IMG/VR virus record: IMGVR_UViG_3300045973_000093
Location: 2,057 to 66,056 of that record
Origin: a virus
Taxonomy: Duplodnaviria; Caudoviricetes
DNA: 64,000 bases
Strand: one strand, 5' to 3'
The position numbers and the translations under genes were made by a program. Below are positions 7,228 to 17,519 of the stretch, piece by piece; position 1 is the stretch's first letter; each line of letters begins with the position of its first letter. Under the pieces are notes generated by a model. That model was not told the DNA's origin, made no database searches, and saw only the letters and a list, made by a program, of their open reading frames with translations.

Positions 7228-9912
7228 ATGCTCGGCTTCGACGCACTCTCAGCACTGCCCTTAGGCGCAGCAGCCGCGCTGCCAGTCAAGGCGCTCGCGT
7301 CCGCAGCTACCTCCGTAGCCTCTGCGACCGTCGCACTGAACTCCGTAGGTGCTGGCGGTACGACCGTCACATTGGCGTCGGCAGCACTCGTCGTAGCGAC
7401 CTCTGCGTCCGCAGTCAACAGCGTCGGCGCGGTAACTGATACGCTGGCCTCCGCAGCCGTCGCTCAGTCGTCGGCCACCTCAGCACTCGTAAGCACAATA
7501 CCTCTCGCCTCGGCGGCGACGGTCTCTTCGACAGCCACTACCTCAGTCAACGAAGTCGTGCGCATGCTCAGCGCAGCGAACGTGGTCAGCACGTCCGCTA
7601 TCACGACCCTCGTCGATACCATACCTCTGGCCTCGGCTGCTGCGTCTTCTGCATCCTCCGCTTCGGACATAAGCACCAGCGCTTCGGTCGTGGACACTCT
7701 GGCCTCCGCTGCGACGGTCCAGGCCACCGCCACCTCGGCTCTGGTCAGCACGATCCCTCTGGCCTCTGCTGCTACTGCCACAGCGGCCACGACCTCTGCG
7801 GTCAGCAAGACCGTGCCTCTGGCCTCCGCTGCTACGGCGCAGGCTGCGTCCACCTCGGCCACGACCGCGACCGTACCGCTGGCCTCCGCTGCCACAGTCT
7901 CCTCGACCGCGAACGTAGCGATCAACGAGGTAGTGCTCATGCTGAGCGCTGCGAACGTCGTCAGCACGTCCGCGCTCACTGCACTTATCGATACGATCCC
8001 GCTGGCCTCCGCTGCGTCTGCGCAAGCCTCCAGCACTATGGCGCTGAGCGTCGTCACACCCGGCTCTGCGACCCTCGCAGCGAGCGCCACAGTCGCTGCT
8101 TCCACGACCTCCGCGCTGCTCGACACGATACCTCTGGCCTCGGCTGCTACGGTCCAGGCCGGTAGCACTTCCGCACTCACTGATGTCATACCTCTGGCCT
8201 CCGCCGCTACGGTGTCGTCTGCTGCGTTTGTAGCGATTAACGAGGTCGTGCAGATGCTCACCGCTGCGGCGGTGGTCAGCACAGCGAACGCTGGTCAGCT
8301 TGTAGACACGATTCCGCTGGCCTCAGCGGCTGCGGCTACGTCCTCGTCCACGACGGCGCTCACCACCGCTGCGCCCGCAGCCGCGACCCTCGCAGCAACC
8401 GCTACAGCCTCGGCATCTGCCACCTCGGCGCTGGTCAACACGGTCGCGCTGACGAATCTTGCCGACCCATACTTCAGCGCGGTCTCGCTGCTGGTGCATG
8501 GAGACGGTGGAATCGCGGATAGCTCGCCCACTCCAAACACATTCTCAGTGTTCGGGGCGTCGCAGGCGAGCACCACACAGTCGAAGTTTGGCGGATCGTC
8601 GATTTCGCTCGATGGCACTACGTCTTACTTCACCACGCCGTCGCCTGCGGGCGGCGCGTTCGATATAGGCACAGGGGACTTCACGGCGGAAGCGTGGTAC
8701 TTCACCAATAGCACGTCTGCCGACCAAGCCATCCTCACGGTGGCCAAACCGACAGTCGCCAACGGGGTGACTGATCTGGCATGGGGCGTTCACCACCTCG
8801 GAACTGCGGTGGCAGGGAAAGTACGGGCGTTCATCTACTCTGGCGCTACGTCGTACACCGTAGACTCCCTGGCCGCGCTTTCTGCCAGCACGTGGTATCA
8901 CATCGCCATAGTCCGCGCATCCGGGGTGCTGGCTCTGTACATCAACGGCGTGCGTCAGGGCACGGTAGCTGCTGCGGGTGCCGCCAGCACGGGCGCGGGA
9001 TTCGAGTTCCGCGTGGGCCGGTACGACTCCGCAACCACCCGATACCTCAATGGATATGTCGACGATATACGGGTAACCAAGAACGTAGCCCGGTACACCG
9101 GTGCTACGCTCACGCCACCATTAGCTGCACTACCGGGCGCAGGGGTGTTCCTAGCTAGCAACGCGACTGCGACCTCCGCGCTGAACTCTGCGGGCATTAC
9201 GCTGAAGGACTTGGCCTCTGCTGCTGCCGCGCAGTCATCGTCCACATCGTCTCTGCTCGATACGATCCCGCTGGCCTCCGCTGCGGCGGCTGCGGCGGCT
9301 ACTACGTCCGTTGTCTCCACGGCAGGCAACGTCCAACTAGCCTCGGCGGCTACCGCCTCTGCCACGGCAACTGTGGCCGTCACGACAAGCCGCTCGCTGG
9401 CTGCAAGCGCCACTGCTGTCGCCAGCACGACCTCGGCGCTTAAGAGCACGATACCGCTGGCCGCAGCCGCTACGGCTTCGTCGACCGCCACCTCGAACAT
9501 CGTCGACACCACGAAGCTAGCAAGTGCTGCGACCGCAGCCTCGACCGCAACCTCGCTGATCACGTCCTCCACACCGAAGCCGCTGGCCTCCAGTGCTGCG
9601 GCGAACACCGCTGCGAGCGTAAGTCTCTTCATCGCGAAGCAGCTCTCCGTGGCCGCTGCGGCCCAAGCCTCTGTCACGACGAGCCTCACCCTTGCCAAGC
9701 TGATGGCCTCGGTGGCGTCTGCACAGGCGCAGGCATCGGCAGACTTGAAGGTGTTCCTGTCGTACGTACCGGACGTGCGCCGTGGCTATCTGATCCCGCC
9801 GGAGGTGCGCACGTATTTGATCCCGGCAGAAGCGCGTTATGTAGCCGTAACGGCAGAGTCCAGGCGGGTATTAGTGGCGCGGGAGACCAGATCATTGGCC
9901 TCGCTAATCTAA
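7228..9912 (+). CDS. Ala/Ser/Thr-rich repetitive fibre protein with a central LamG domain
   Basis: Many ~20-aa 'TIPLASAA' repeats interrupted by a LamG-like domain (GTGDFTAEAW...WYHIAIVR...GYVDDIRVTK). Confidence 0.7.
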   Translation: MLGFDALSALPLGAAAALPVKALASAATSVASATVALNSVGAGGTTVTLASAALVVATSASAVNSVGAVTDTLASAAVAQSSATSALVSTIPLASAATVSSTATTSVNEVVRMLSAANVVSTSAITTLVDTIPLASAAASSASSASDISTSASVVDTLASAATVQATATSALVSTIPLASAATATAATTSAVSKTVPLASAATAQAASTSATTATVPLASAATVSSTANVAINEVVLMLSAANVVSTSALTALIDTIPLASAASAQASSTMALSVVTPGSATLAASATVAASTTSALLDTIPLASAATVQAGSTSALTDVIPLASAATVSSAAFVAINEVVQMLTAAAVVSTANAGQLVDTIPLASAAAATSSSTTALTTAAPAAATLAATATASASATSALVNTVALTNLADPYFSAVSLLVHGDGGIADSSPTPNTFSVFGASQASTTQSKFGGSSISLDGTTSYFTTPSPAGGAFDIGTGDFTAEAWYFTNSTSADQAILTVAKPTVANGVTDLAWGVHHLGTAVAGKVRAFIYSGATSYTVDSLAALSASTWYHIAIVRASGVLALYINGVRQGTVAAAGAASTGAGFEFRVGRYDSATTRYLNGYVDDIRVTKNVARYTGATLTPPLAALPGAGVFLASNATATSALNSAGITLKDLASAAAAQSSSTSSLLDTIPLASAAAAAAATTSVVSTAGNVQLASAATASATATVAVTTSRSLAASATAVASTTSALKSTIPLAAAATASSTATSNIVDTTKLASAATAASTATSLITSSTPKPLASSAAANTAASVSLFIAKQLSVAAAAQASVTTSLTLAKLMASVASAQAQASADLKVFLSYVPDVRRGYLIPPEVRTYLIPAEARYVAVTAESRRVLVARETRSLASLI
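7290..9745 (+). repeat. Degenerate ~60-bp coding repeats (LASAA units), split by LamG insert at ~8455-9150
   Basis: Recurrent (AT)ACC(T/G)CTGGCCTC(C/G)GC(T/C)GC. Confidence 0.7.
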
Positions 9913-9932
9913 CGGTCTCTAAGCTAAAATCT
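9908..9932 (+). promoter_or_regulatory. Phased TCT motif
   Basis: TCTAACGGTC-TCTAAG just upstream of ATG 9937. Confidence 0.55.
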
Positions 9933-9936
9933 AAAC

Positions 9937-11172
9937 ATGACTACAGCCAAGCCCGTCAAGTTGGGACCGTTCCTCGGGATCAACAACAAACTCCCTGCGG
10001 AGAAGCTCAAGCTACCGCAGGAGCAGGGCGCTTTTGTCCGCGACGCGGTCAACGTAGATCTAACGTCCTCTGGCACGTTTCAGCGCAGACCCGGCTACGC
10101 CAAGGTCGTCACCGGAAGCACGATGCGCTCGCTGTACGCCCCGCTGAATAGCGAAGTGGGTTTCTACGCTGACGGCTCGACGCTGTTCCGCTACAACGGC
10201 GCTTCGGCCACTCCAGTCGGCGTGCTATCAGACGCGCACTCGGATGTGACCTACGCAGACACGCCGCTGGGAATTATCTGGTCCGACAACGTCAGCATTC
10301 GTCTGGTCTCAGGCACTGTGTCCACTCCCGTAGTGCCGGACGTACCGAACCCAGTGCCTGTGGTCACTGTCGCCGACGGCGGCGCGTTAAAGGCCGGTGT
10401 GTACTCCGTTGCGTTCGCAGCTACGAACAGCTCTGGGCAGCGCTCTGCGCTCTCTGGTTTTCAACGCGTAGAGTCGCTGGCCGAGGGGCGTATCCAGATT
10501 GCGCTGCCCTCGAACCACGCCCAACTCGCAGTCTTCGTTTCTGATGCTGATGGGGCGATCCTCTACAACACCGCGACCATTCCTGCGTCGGCTACGGGCA
10601 CGTTCACCATCAGCGCCGTGAACCGCGACGGCGAACCAGTGCCAGCCACCTACGAAGCACCGCTACCTGCTGGCGCACTGGCTTACTACCGTGGGCGGCT
10701 GCTCTCTGCCGTCGGCAACTACATCTATTACTCGCAGCCGTATCAGTACGGTGTATATCGCCCAGCTTCGGACTTCATCGCGCTCGACGGTCCTGTGATG
10801 CTGTGCAAGCCCACCCAGACCGGGGTCTATCTAGCCACAGCCAACGACACGTGGTTCCTTGACGGCAACGATGTAGCCACCGCAGAGCTGAAGCCGTTGG
10901 CCCCGTACGGCGCAATTCCAGGCACTGTGGTCGATGAGCCGAACGCGCTCAACGCCTTCTGGATGTCACCTCGCGGCATCGTCCACACGAAGGACGACAA
11001 CACCATAGAACTCAAGCAGGACGCGAACATCGCGTTCGGCAAGGCCGACACCGGCGCAACCATGTACCGCGAAGAGAACGGGCTAAGCCAAGTTGTTTCG
11101 GTGCTCACCAACGTCGTGCCTAGTGGTGCGGCTTCAGCGTCCAGCTACATGGATGCAACCACTGTTAATTAG
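9937..11172 (+). CDS. Tail tubular/nozzle-like structural protein
   Basis: GINN...DAVNVDL...G...RRPGY start, beta-rich; typical of podophage tail proteins. Confidence 0.6.
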   Translation: MTTAKPVKLGPFLGINNKLPAEKLKLPQEQGAFVRDAVNVDLTSSGTFQRRPGYAKVVTGSTMRSLYAPLNSEVGFYADGSTLFRYNGASATPVGVLSDAHSDVTYADTPLGIIWSDNVSIRLVSGTVSTPVVPDVPNPVPVVTVADGGALKAGVYSVAFAATNSSGQRSALSGFQRVESLAEGRIQIALPSNHAQLAVFVSDADGAILYNTATIPASATGTFTISAVNRDGEPVPATYEAPLPAGALAYYRGRLLSAVGNYIYYSQPYQYGVYRPASDFIALDGPVMLCKPTQTGVYLATANDTWFLDGNDVATAELKPLAPYGAIPGTVVDEPNALNAFWMSPRGIVHTKDDNTIELKQDANIAFGKADTGATMYREENGLSQVVSVLTNVVPSGAASASSYMDATTVN

Positions 11173-11181
11173 GAGTCCATC

Positions 11182-11679
11182 ATGGAGCACGCAACAGCAG
11201 GATTCACCTATTTGATCGAGACGGTCAAAGACGGTGTGGTCGTTGATTCGGAGATCGTTCACAACCTGATCCCAATCGAGGGCATCAACTATCTCATCAG
11301 CGCGGGCATGAAGGGCGGTTCGCCCTATTCGAGCTGGTACATCGGCGTGTACGAGGGCAACTACACGCCTCAGTCACTAGACACCGCAGCGACGTTCACT
11401 ACTGCTGCTACTGAGAGCGTCGCCTACGTCGAGACTGCGCGTCAAGCACTCACCCTCGGCACTGTGGCTGGCGGCTCAGTAGATAACACCGCGAACCAAG
11501 CTGTCTTCACCGGCAACACGAACGGCAAGGTGATCTATGGCGGCTTCGTGTCGTCAATCCCCACCAAGAACGCAGCCTCCGGGGTGCTGCTCTCTGCCGT
11601 GCGCTTCTCTTCCCCCAAGACCCTTGATGCCGGCACGTTGCTCCGCGTGACTGCTGGCTTCGCCATCGCTTCCAACTAA
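11182..11679 (+). CDS. Virion structural protein
   Basis: SD AGGAG; HNLIP.EG..Y...SSWYIG.YEGNYTP. Confidence 0.6.
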   Translation: MEHATAGFTYLIETVKDGVVVDSEIVHNLIPIEGINYLISAGMKGGSPYSSWYIGVYEGNYTPQSLDTAATFTTAATESVAYVETARQALTLGTVAGGSVDNTANQAVFTGNTNGKVIYGGFVSSIPTKNAASGVLLSAVRFSSPKTLDAGTLLRVTAGFAIASN

Positions 11680-11690
11680 GGAGAACTTCC

Positions 11691-12125
11691 ATGACTGTAA
11701 AAACTTCCACCGGCCTGCGCAACGCGATGCTGGACACCGGCTCGTTCAAGGGCACGATGGCAACCGCCAAGCTGATGATCTACTCAGGCACAGCCCCTGC
11801 GGATGCTGACGCAGCCACTACTGGCACGCTGCTCTGCACCGTGACCGGCCCCACCGCTGCGGCTCTGGCATGGGACACTTCGGCTCTGGGCGGCGTGATC
11901 TCCAAGTCGCCGAGCCAGACATGGTCGGGCACTTGCAGCGCGGGCACTGCGGGCTACTACCGCGTCGTGAACTCCGCCGACACGGGCGCTTCGAGCACAA
12001 CCCAGCCCCGCATCCAAGGTACGGTGGACGTAGCCGGTGCCGACCTGAACCTGTCCAGCACGACCTTCGCTGGCGGTGCTACGCAGACCATCGACTACTA
12101 CTCCGTCGCTCTGCCCACGGGTTAA
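11691..12125 (+). CDS. Virion structural protein
   Basis: SD AAGGAG; STGLRNAML...IYSG..PA.AD.A.TGTLL...RIQGTV. Confidence 0.65.
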   Translation: MTVKTSTGLRNAMLDTGSFKGTMATAKLMIYSGTAPADADAATTGTLLCTVTGPTAAALAWDTSALGGVISKSPSQTWSGTCSAGTAGYYRVVNSADTGASSTTQPRIQGTVDVAGADLNLSSTTFAGGATQTIDYYSVALPTG

Positions 12126-12145
12126 TCGCCGGTCGTTGAAACACG

Positions 12146-12179
12146 GGTCGGCGTACTCAGTGCGTCGGCCTTTTCTTTT
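12146..12179 (+). terminator. Rho-independent terminator
   Basis: GGTCGGCGTAC-TCA-GTGCGTCGGCC (with G:U pairs) then TTTTCTTTT. Confidence 0.7.
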
Positions 12180-12190
12180 GGAGGTAGGTC

Positions 12191-13219
12191 GTGACAATCG
12201 CATTCACCATCGTTGCTAATCAGGACTACCTCGGTGGCGGGACGTTCAACAACGCCTCGTTCGGTAACGGTGGATACATTTCTGGGTACGGGGTCACGGC
12301 ATACCCCGGAACCAACACTGGTGGGTCGGGCGGCTCGCTGACGCTCATAGGTAACTGCACACCCGGCGGCTTCTACATGGGGAGTACAGGTAACACGTTT
12401 GTGGCCGCTCTCGGCAGCGGGGTGGGTTATGACGTAGCTATTTACAACAACATAGATACTTCCGCCTACGTGAATGACGTGTGGCCGGATGAAAACCAAT
12501 ACTTTGAAATAGTCTCCGGCGGGTCCGCACCAGTCATCACTACGGCTCTCGGTGTCGTCGTCCACCTGACCCTAGTCCCCGACTCCGCGTTCGTCACGAC
12601 GTGGGATAGCTCCGGCACGGATGCTGGCAGGCCATTCGGCTTCAGACTCGCGCAAGCGACGTGGCCCACTGCCCCCGCTGTTTCAGGTGTTGCCGAGGTC
12701 GCCGTAGTTATAAGCGACTTCATCGGTGACGCTGGGACTCTCCGGTTAGGGTTTCGCGACACTGCGACCGGTGCGTGGACGACTGTTAACTACGGCGGGT
12801 CGTACGCAGGGCCGGGGTACTACGGTAAAAACTGGAGCATCGGTGTCACCCAAGGGTACGTTGATCAGTACCCCGACATGCAGACTTGGGGGAGCATGAA
12901 CGACAACTACTTTGTGCTCGTACTGCACCGGCGAGATGACCTGGGATTGTTTGATGTCCTCACGTTCGACCTCACCACGCACGCAATAGTCGCCAGCGAG
13001 CGAAACTTCGCCGCTGTCCCGACCACGTACGTCAACGCGTTCGGCTCGTTCGCATTCGACACAGCGATAAATATCGACACCACCGCGCACGTAACCACCG
13101 AGCACTACTTCCTGAACGTGGGGCATACCGCAGTATGGCCCCCTTCCACGAACACTTCCCGCACACCGGTCTCGGTGTACTGGGAGAGCATCTCCAAATG
13201 TACTGAGTACAACTTGTAG
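12191..13219 (+). CDS. Hypothetical tail-tip protein A
   Basis: GTG start with GGAGG SD; beta/aromatic-rich; ends PVSVYWESISKCTEYNL. Confidence 0.6.
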   Translation: MTIAFTIVANQDYLGGGTFNNASFGNGGYISGYGVTAYPGTNTGGSGGSLTLIGNCTPGGFYMGSTGNTFVAALGSGVGYDVAIYNNIDTSAYVNDVWPDENQYFEIVSGGSAPVITTALGVVVHLTLVPDSAFVTTWDSSGTDAGRPFGFRLAQATWPTAPAVSGVAEVAVVISDFIGDAGTLRLGFRDTATGAWTTVNYGGSYAGPGYYGKNWSIGVTQGYVDQYPDMQTWGSMNDNYFVLVLHRRDDLGLFDVLTFDLTTHAIVASERNFAAVPTTYVNAFGSFAFDTAINIDTTAHVTTEHYFLNVGHTAVWPPSTNTSRTPVSVYWESISKCTEYNL

Positions 13220-13231
13220 GAGACCAAGGTC

Positions 13232-13858
13232 GTGACAGTCGCATCAATAATACTGACCACCATAGAGAGCGTAGGCACGGATAACATTATCTGGGAGCAC
13301 TACGAGACGACTGTGGTCGTCAACGGCTCGACCATATACAGCTACTACGGACAGACGCCAGTACCTAACCCAGCATACGACGGCTCACTGCGCGGGTTTA
13401 GCTGGTCGGAGCCTGTGCCGCCGCCGTACAACACGGGGTACCCAACCGGTCCATGCTACCGCTCTGGGAGCCAGATTGCTCGGACAGGCAGTACGGTATG
13501 TGTGCAGTTCCCGTCGCTTGGCGACAGCAGCGTGTGGGTGTACGCAATGTGGGACTACATCGACCTGTTGTTGACCACCGCAATTGATCCTAACGGCAAC
13601 TACATCCTAGACACGCCCTGTTTGACGGGAACCACTACAGGCCCAGCCACTACCTTAATGTCCCCAGCGGGCGTTGTAGTTGACTTCTCCAATGCGCTGA
13701 CCGGGACTTACCATGAGTACGATCTCCGTGCATCCCAGCACGAGATGCGATACACCACGTCGTTCACCGTACCGCTTTCGGGTGGGAGCGGTATCGTCGG
13801 GAACCCAACCAGCGTGTATTGGGACTGCTTGTCCCGCTGCACCGAGTACAGCGTATGA
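13232..13858 (+). CDS. Hypothetical tail-tip protein B
   Basis: GTG start with AGGAG SD; ends PTSVYWDCLSRCTEYSV. Confidence 0.6.
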   Translation: MTVASIILTTIESVGTDNIIWEHYETTVVVNGSTIYSYYGQTPVPNPAYDGSLRGFSWSEPVPPPYNTGYPTGPCYRSGSQIARTGSTVCVQFPSLGDSSVWVYAMWDYIDLLLTTAIDPNGNYILDTPCLTGTTTGPATTLMSPAGVVVDFSNALTGTYHEYDLRASQHEMRYTTSFTVPLSGGSGIVGNPTSVYWDCLSRCTEYSV

Positions 13859-15312
13859 CCGACCAACCCAAGCTCCCCAATGGACCCAGCGCTCAGGGCG
13901 CAGCGGGCGTACGGGCGCTTGGTGGCGGCTATCAGGTCCGGTACGCAGCCGACTTCGTGGCGAAGACTCGCGGCGAGTTCTCTCGTGTCGAGGCCACGGG
14001 TGGCTATCCATATAACTCCAAGGGCGTGTACAAGGCTGGCACTGCGTCCTCGGCGTTCATTGCATCGAGCTACAAGGCCAAGTTCGTCAAGACGAGCCAG
14101 ATCATTGCTGTGCTCGACTGCGACTTCGGTAAGACAGCCTCGTGGAACATATCGTGGAATTACTTCTACACCTACTACACCGCTACCCAGAGGGTCACAG
14201 TCAAAGGCGTGGTCATCGACTCTTTCGCTCTGCGCCTCACGGTCGTCGAGAACAACACTCTGCTGCCGCCTGTGTACTACATCGGGCGTGTCAAGACCTC
14301 TGAGGGTACTGCTGCTCTCGTCGGTACGGTCTCGACCAAAGACCTCGGGCGCACAGACACCAACGGATTCATCTGTGCCGACCCAGTCATACACCGTACG
14401 TTCATCTTGCCTGACGGCACCGCAGCATCTGATGAGACGGGTATCACGGTGCCCCTGAATGACGAGGCTTACGTCTCTCCACGATGGGCGGCATCCTCAG
14501 CGATCATCTACGTGCTGCTGGCCCACTCGCACTATGCGGTCTCCGGTACGCCCACGGCAACCGCGCCGGTCTACCTGTGCACCTCTCGTGACCTCGGCTA
14601 CACATGGGAGCACGTCGACATCGCGGCCTACGCATTTGGCGACTTCCCGCTCACCAGCTACAGCCAAGCCAATGCGGCGGTCGCCAGCGCGTTCATGGCG
14701 ATGTACGTCGTGATGATGGACAACGACGAGGCCCTGATTGCCTTCCCCCGCAAAACCGCCGCTGGCACCTACGGCTCCCGTGTGGTAAAGCTCAGCGGCC
14801 TGACCGCCACCACGGTGTACGACGGCGCACCCGGCGCTCTCGTGCCGTACCCTGCGTCGCTCGTCTTCGCTGGCGACAACACCATCGTCATGAAGCGCAA
14901 CCTCGGGTACGACGGGATCAACTACGACACCGACTTCCTCGTCTCATTTAACCGAGGCGACACGTGGGACACCTACACGCCGACCGGCCTCGACGCGCCG
15001 CTGAAGAACCAATACTTCGGCGACCTCAAAGTGGACATGGCTGCAAACGGACGTGGTCGCGCTGCTCGCATCCTCATGACCGGGTGGAACCCGAGCGACC
15101 TCAGCTATTACGTCTACTCCACTGTGAACTACGGACTATCGTGGACCCGTGGAGCCAAGATCACTGAGTCTGACGTGTTCCGTCGGGTGGACACCACTAT
15201 CTCAGGCGACGGCGGCGGCAACTTCCGCACCCTGAACATTTTCAGCACACCCAACAGTCCTCGCACTGTGGATGTTTCCGTACCTAAGCGATACACGAGG
15301 CACGCTGTATGA
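13855..15312 (+). CDS. Tail protein with Asp-box (BNR/sialidase-like) propeller repeats
   Basis: TSRDLGYTW, VSFNRGDTW, STVNYGLSW match S-x-D-x-G-x-T-W; ATGA-coupled start at 13855. Confidence 0.65.
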   Translation: MTDQPKLPNGPSAQGAAGVRALGGGYQVRYAADFVAKTRGEFSRVEATGGYPYNSKGVYKAGTASSAFIASSYKAKFVKTSQIIAVLDCDFGKTASWNISWNYFYTYYTATQRVTVKGVVIDSFALRLTVVENNTLLPPVYYIGRVKTSEGTAALVGTVSTKDLGRTDTNGFICADPVIHRTFILPDGTAASDETGITVPLNDEAYVSPRWAASSAIIYVLLAHSHYAVSGTPTATAPVYLCTSRDLGYTWEHVDIAAYAFGDFPLTSYSQANAAVASAFMAMYVVMMDNDEALIAFPRKTAAGTYGSRVVKLSGLTATTVYDGAPGALVPYPASLVFAGDNTIVMKRNLGYDGINYDTDFLVSFNRGDTWDTYTPTGLDAPLKNQYFGDLKVDMAANGRGRAARILMTGWNPSDLSYYVYSTVNYGLSWTRGAKITESDVFRRVDTTISGDGGGNFRTLNIFSTPNSPRTVDVSVPKRYTRHAV

Positions 15313-17519
15313 CGATCCTACTCAAAGACATAACATCCGTTCCCGGCGTCGCAGGTACCCAAGGTACTGCTGCGAGCACCTTCACGACCACCTCGATGAC
15401 GAACGTGATGATCTCCCCCGGCTCGCCCCCGGTGCCACCGTCCTCGCATGTCGTGGCGAGGGAAGTGTGTTCGTGGAGCGCCAGCAGTACGATCATCGTG
15501 CCGATCAGCGCCACTCAGGCTCTGGTGGGCGTTGGTACTAGCGGGCGTGTGGTTACCGACGCACAGGGCAACCCGGTTGGCATCATGCTTACGCCACCAC
15601 CGACGTACTCCTGCACGACGGTATACGAAACGGTGTACGACCCCGGTAGCCCCGGCACGCCGCCTGTGTACCAGCAGGTAGCGACGACCTCGGTGACGAC
15701 TATCCCCGGCACACCCGGAGTGGCTGCGATCCCGGCCATCGCTTCTGTTCCTGCATGGGACGCAGTAGCGAGTAGCCAGAGCCTCATCTACCCAGCTAGT
15801 TGGACGGTGGACTTCGCCGGTACAGAGACGGGCGTGGTGTTCAAAGTCCCGTCCTCCACGCTCGGGGCCATCGTCGGGCTGAGCAACGACATGTACACCG
15901 ACGCAAGCATCGGACCCACCGGACTCTTGGGGTTCGCATTTATCCGGGGGTACGCGCACATCTGGGGTCCAGGCCGAGGCGCGAACTTCGACCAGTCGAC
16001 ACTGCAAGCCATTGACGGCCTGATCATCGGGGCATACACCGACACTGACGTGTTCATGATTCAGGCGTCGAACCAGACACGCTCGAACCAGAGCGGTGCA
16101 GTGATGCTGTACAAGAACGGGCAGGCTGTTGCGTCCATACCGGCGAGCGCGTTCGGTCCGTTCCGAGTGTTCGCGTTCCTGTACTCAGACGGCGACAGCG
16201 TAGTCGACGCGAACCCACAGTATTCGGGGTGGGATGTGCGCGGGTACGTCGGGCTGTACAGCGTACCTGCGGTCATCGGCGGGGGTAGCTCAGCCGGAGC
16301 GTGGCCTTCCTACTGGTGGCTCCCCGACTTGTTCGCCTCGTCTAGCTACTCTTACGGAGTACCGACACTCGCTAACCTCGGCGTGAATGGGATGCAGTTC
16401 ACCAAGCTGTCCTCCGGCATGCAGGCACAGGGCGGAAACTTCGTCGGAGGTGTGAAGAAGTACGCACGAGGCAGTGCGGTACTGAAGCCGCTCAAGGCTA
16501 CAGGCGGGCAGAAGGTCCTTGTCGGCAGCAACGCAGTGATGCAGCCGATGACCGCACTCGGCGGGCGCATGATAGGGCAAGGTACCGCTACCTTCCAACC
16601 GATGCGTGCGCACGGCAACAGCGCCATGTCCGTAGCGTTCAGGGCCTCGACCGCATACACGTCGTTCTCGCCACTCGCCGTCGGCGGGCACGGTCTGACG
16701 GGCACAGTCGGTGGGGGCGCAGCCGTGCTACATAACCTTGAAGCCATCGGCTCGAAGGGTGTTCGTGGTATGGCCCACGCATCCTTCATGCCCCTCGTCG
16801 GCTATGCCACGGGCGGTGTGGCCTCGCCTGACGCACAGCTTGTGAGTCTGGCTAGTGCATCGCTACCGCTGACCGCCGTATCTGAGATCTACGTGGTCAT
16901 GGACTCGTACGGCGAAGTAGTAGGACTGTTGACGCTGGAAAAGCTGCTCGTCGCTCTGCTGGAGTCGAACGCCACGATCAACGATACGCAGACCACGACC
17001 CAAGTGCTGCAGGCTGCGATGCTGTCCTTGGCCCGTGGCGGCTCGCTTTCGCTCAACGACACTGGCTACACAGTGTGGGCGATGACCACTACCAACAGCG
17101 GTACGACGCGCTACAAGAACTTCGACTTCACGTCGTTCGCCAAGATCGGCACGAAGTACTACGGTGTGCGTCGCGACGGGTTGTACCTGCTGGATGGCCC
17201 TGCGGACGCTGGCACGCTGATCGACGCCTCTGTGAATTTCGGCAAGACGGACTTCGACACCACGCTCAAGAAGTCCCTCACCCAGTGCTACGTCGGTGTG
17301 GCGTCGAGCAACACCGTAGTGCTCAAAGTTGTGGCCGACGGCACGACGTACTACTACACCGCCCGCAACAGCTCGTCTGCGCTCGCAGAACACCGCATCG
17401 ATCTCGGTCGAGGCTTCCGTGCGAACTACTTCGAGCTGGAGCTGCAGAACTTGAACGGCAGTGCGTTCGAGCTGGCCGACATCGAGTTCACCCCTATCCC
17501 ACTCTCTCGGAGAATCTAA
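15309..17519 (+). CDS. Tail/virion structural protein
   Basis: 736 aa; C-terminal TRY.NFDFTSFAKIG...GLYLLDG...RIDLGRG.RANY..LEL.N domain. Confidence 0.65.
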   Translation: MTILLKDITSVPGVAGTQGTAASTFTTTSMTNVMISPGSPPVPPSSHVVAREVCSWSASSTIIVPISATQALVGVGTSGRVVTDAQGNPVGIMLTPPPTYSCTTVYETVYDPGSPGTPPVYQQVATTSVTTIPGTPGVAAIPAIASVPAWDAVASSQSLIYPASWTVDFAGTETGVVFKVPSSTLGAIVGLSNDMYTDASIGPTGLLGFAFIRGYAHIWGPGRGANFDQSTLQAIDGLIIGAYTDTDVFMIQASNQTRSNQSGAVMLYKNGQAVASIPASAFGPFRVFAFLYSDGDSVVDANPQYSGWDVRGYVGLYSVPAVIGGGSSAGAWPSYWWLPDLFASSSYSYGVPTLANLGVNGMQFTKLSSGMQAQGGNFVGGVKKYARGSAVLKPLKATGGQKVLVGSNAVMQPMTALGGRMIGQGTATFQPMRAHGNSAMSVAFRASTAYTSFSPLAVGGHGLTGTVGGGAAVLHNLEAIGSKGVRGMAHASFMPLVGYATGGVASPDAQLVSLASASLPLTAVSEIYVVMDSYGEVVGLLTLEKLLVALLESNATINDTQTTTQVLQAAMLSLARGGSLSLNDTGYTVWAMTTTNSGTTRYKNFDFTSFAKIGTKYYGVRRDGLYLLDGPADAGTLIDASVNFGKTDFDTTLKKSLTQCYVGVASSNTVVLKVVADGTTYYYTARNSSSALAEHRIDLGRGFRANYFELELQNLNGSAFELADIEFTPIPLSRRI

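Noticed and set aside
12191-13858. Diversity-generating retroelement (TR/VR pair)
   Set aside because: Shared C-termini differ at non-adenine and synonymous positions; no reverse transcriptase ORF in the window
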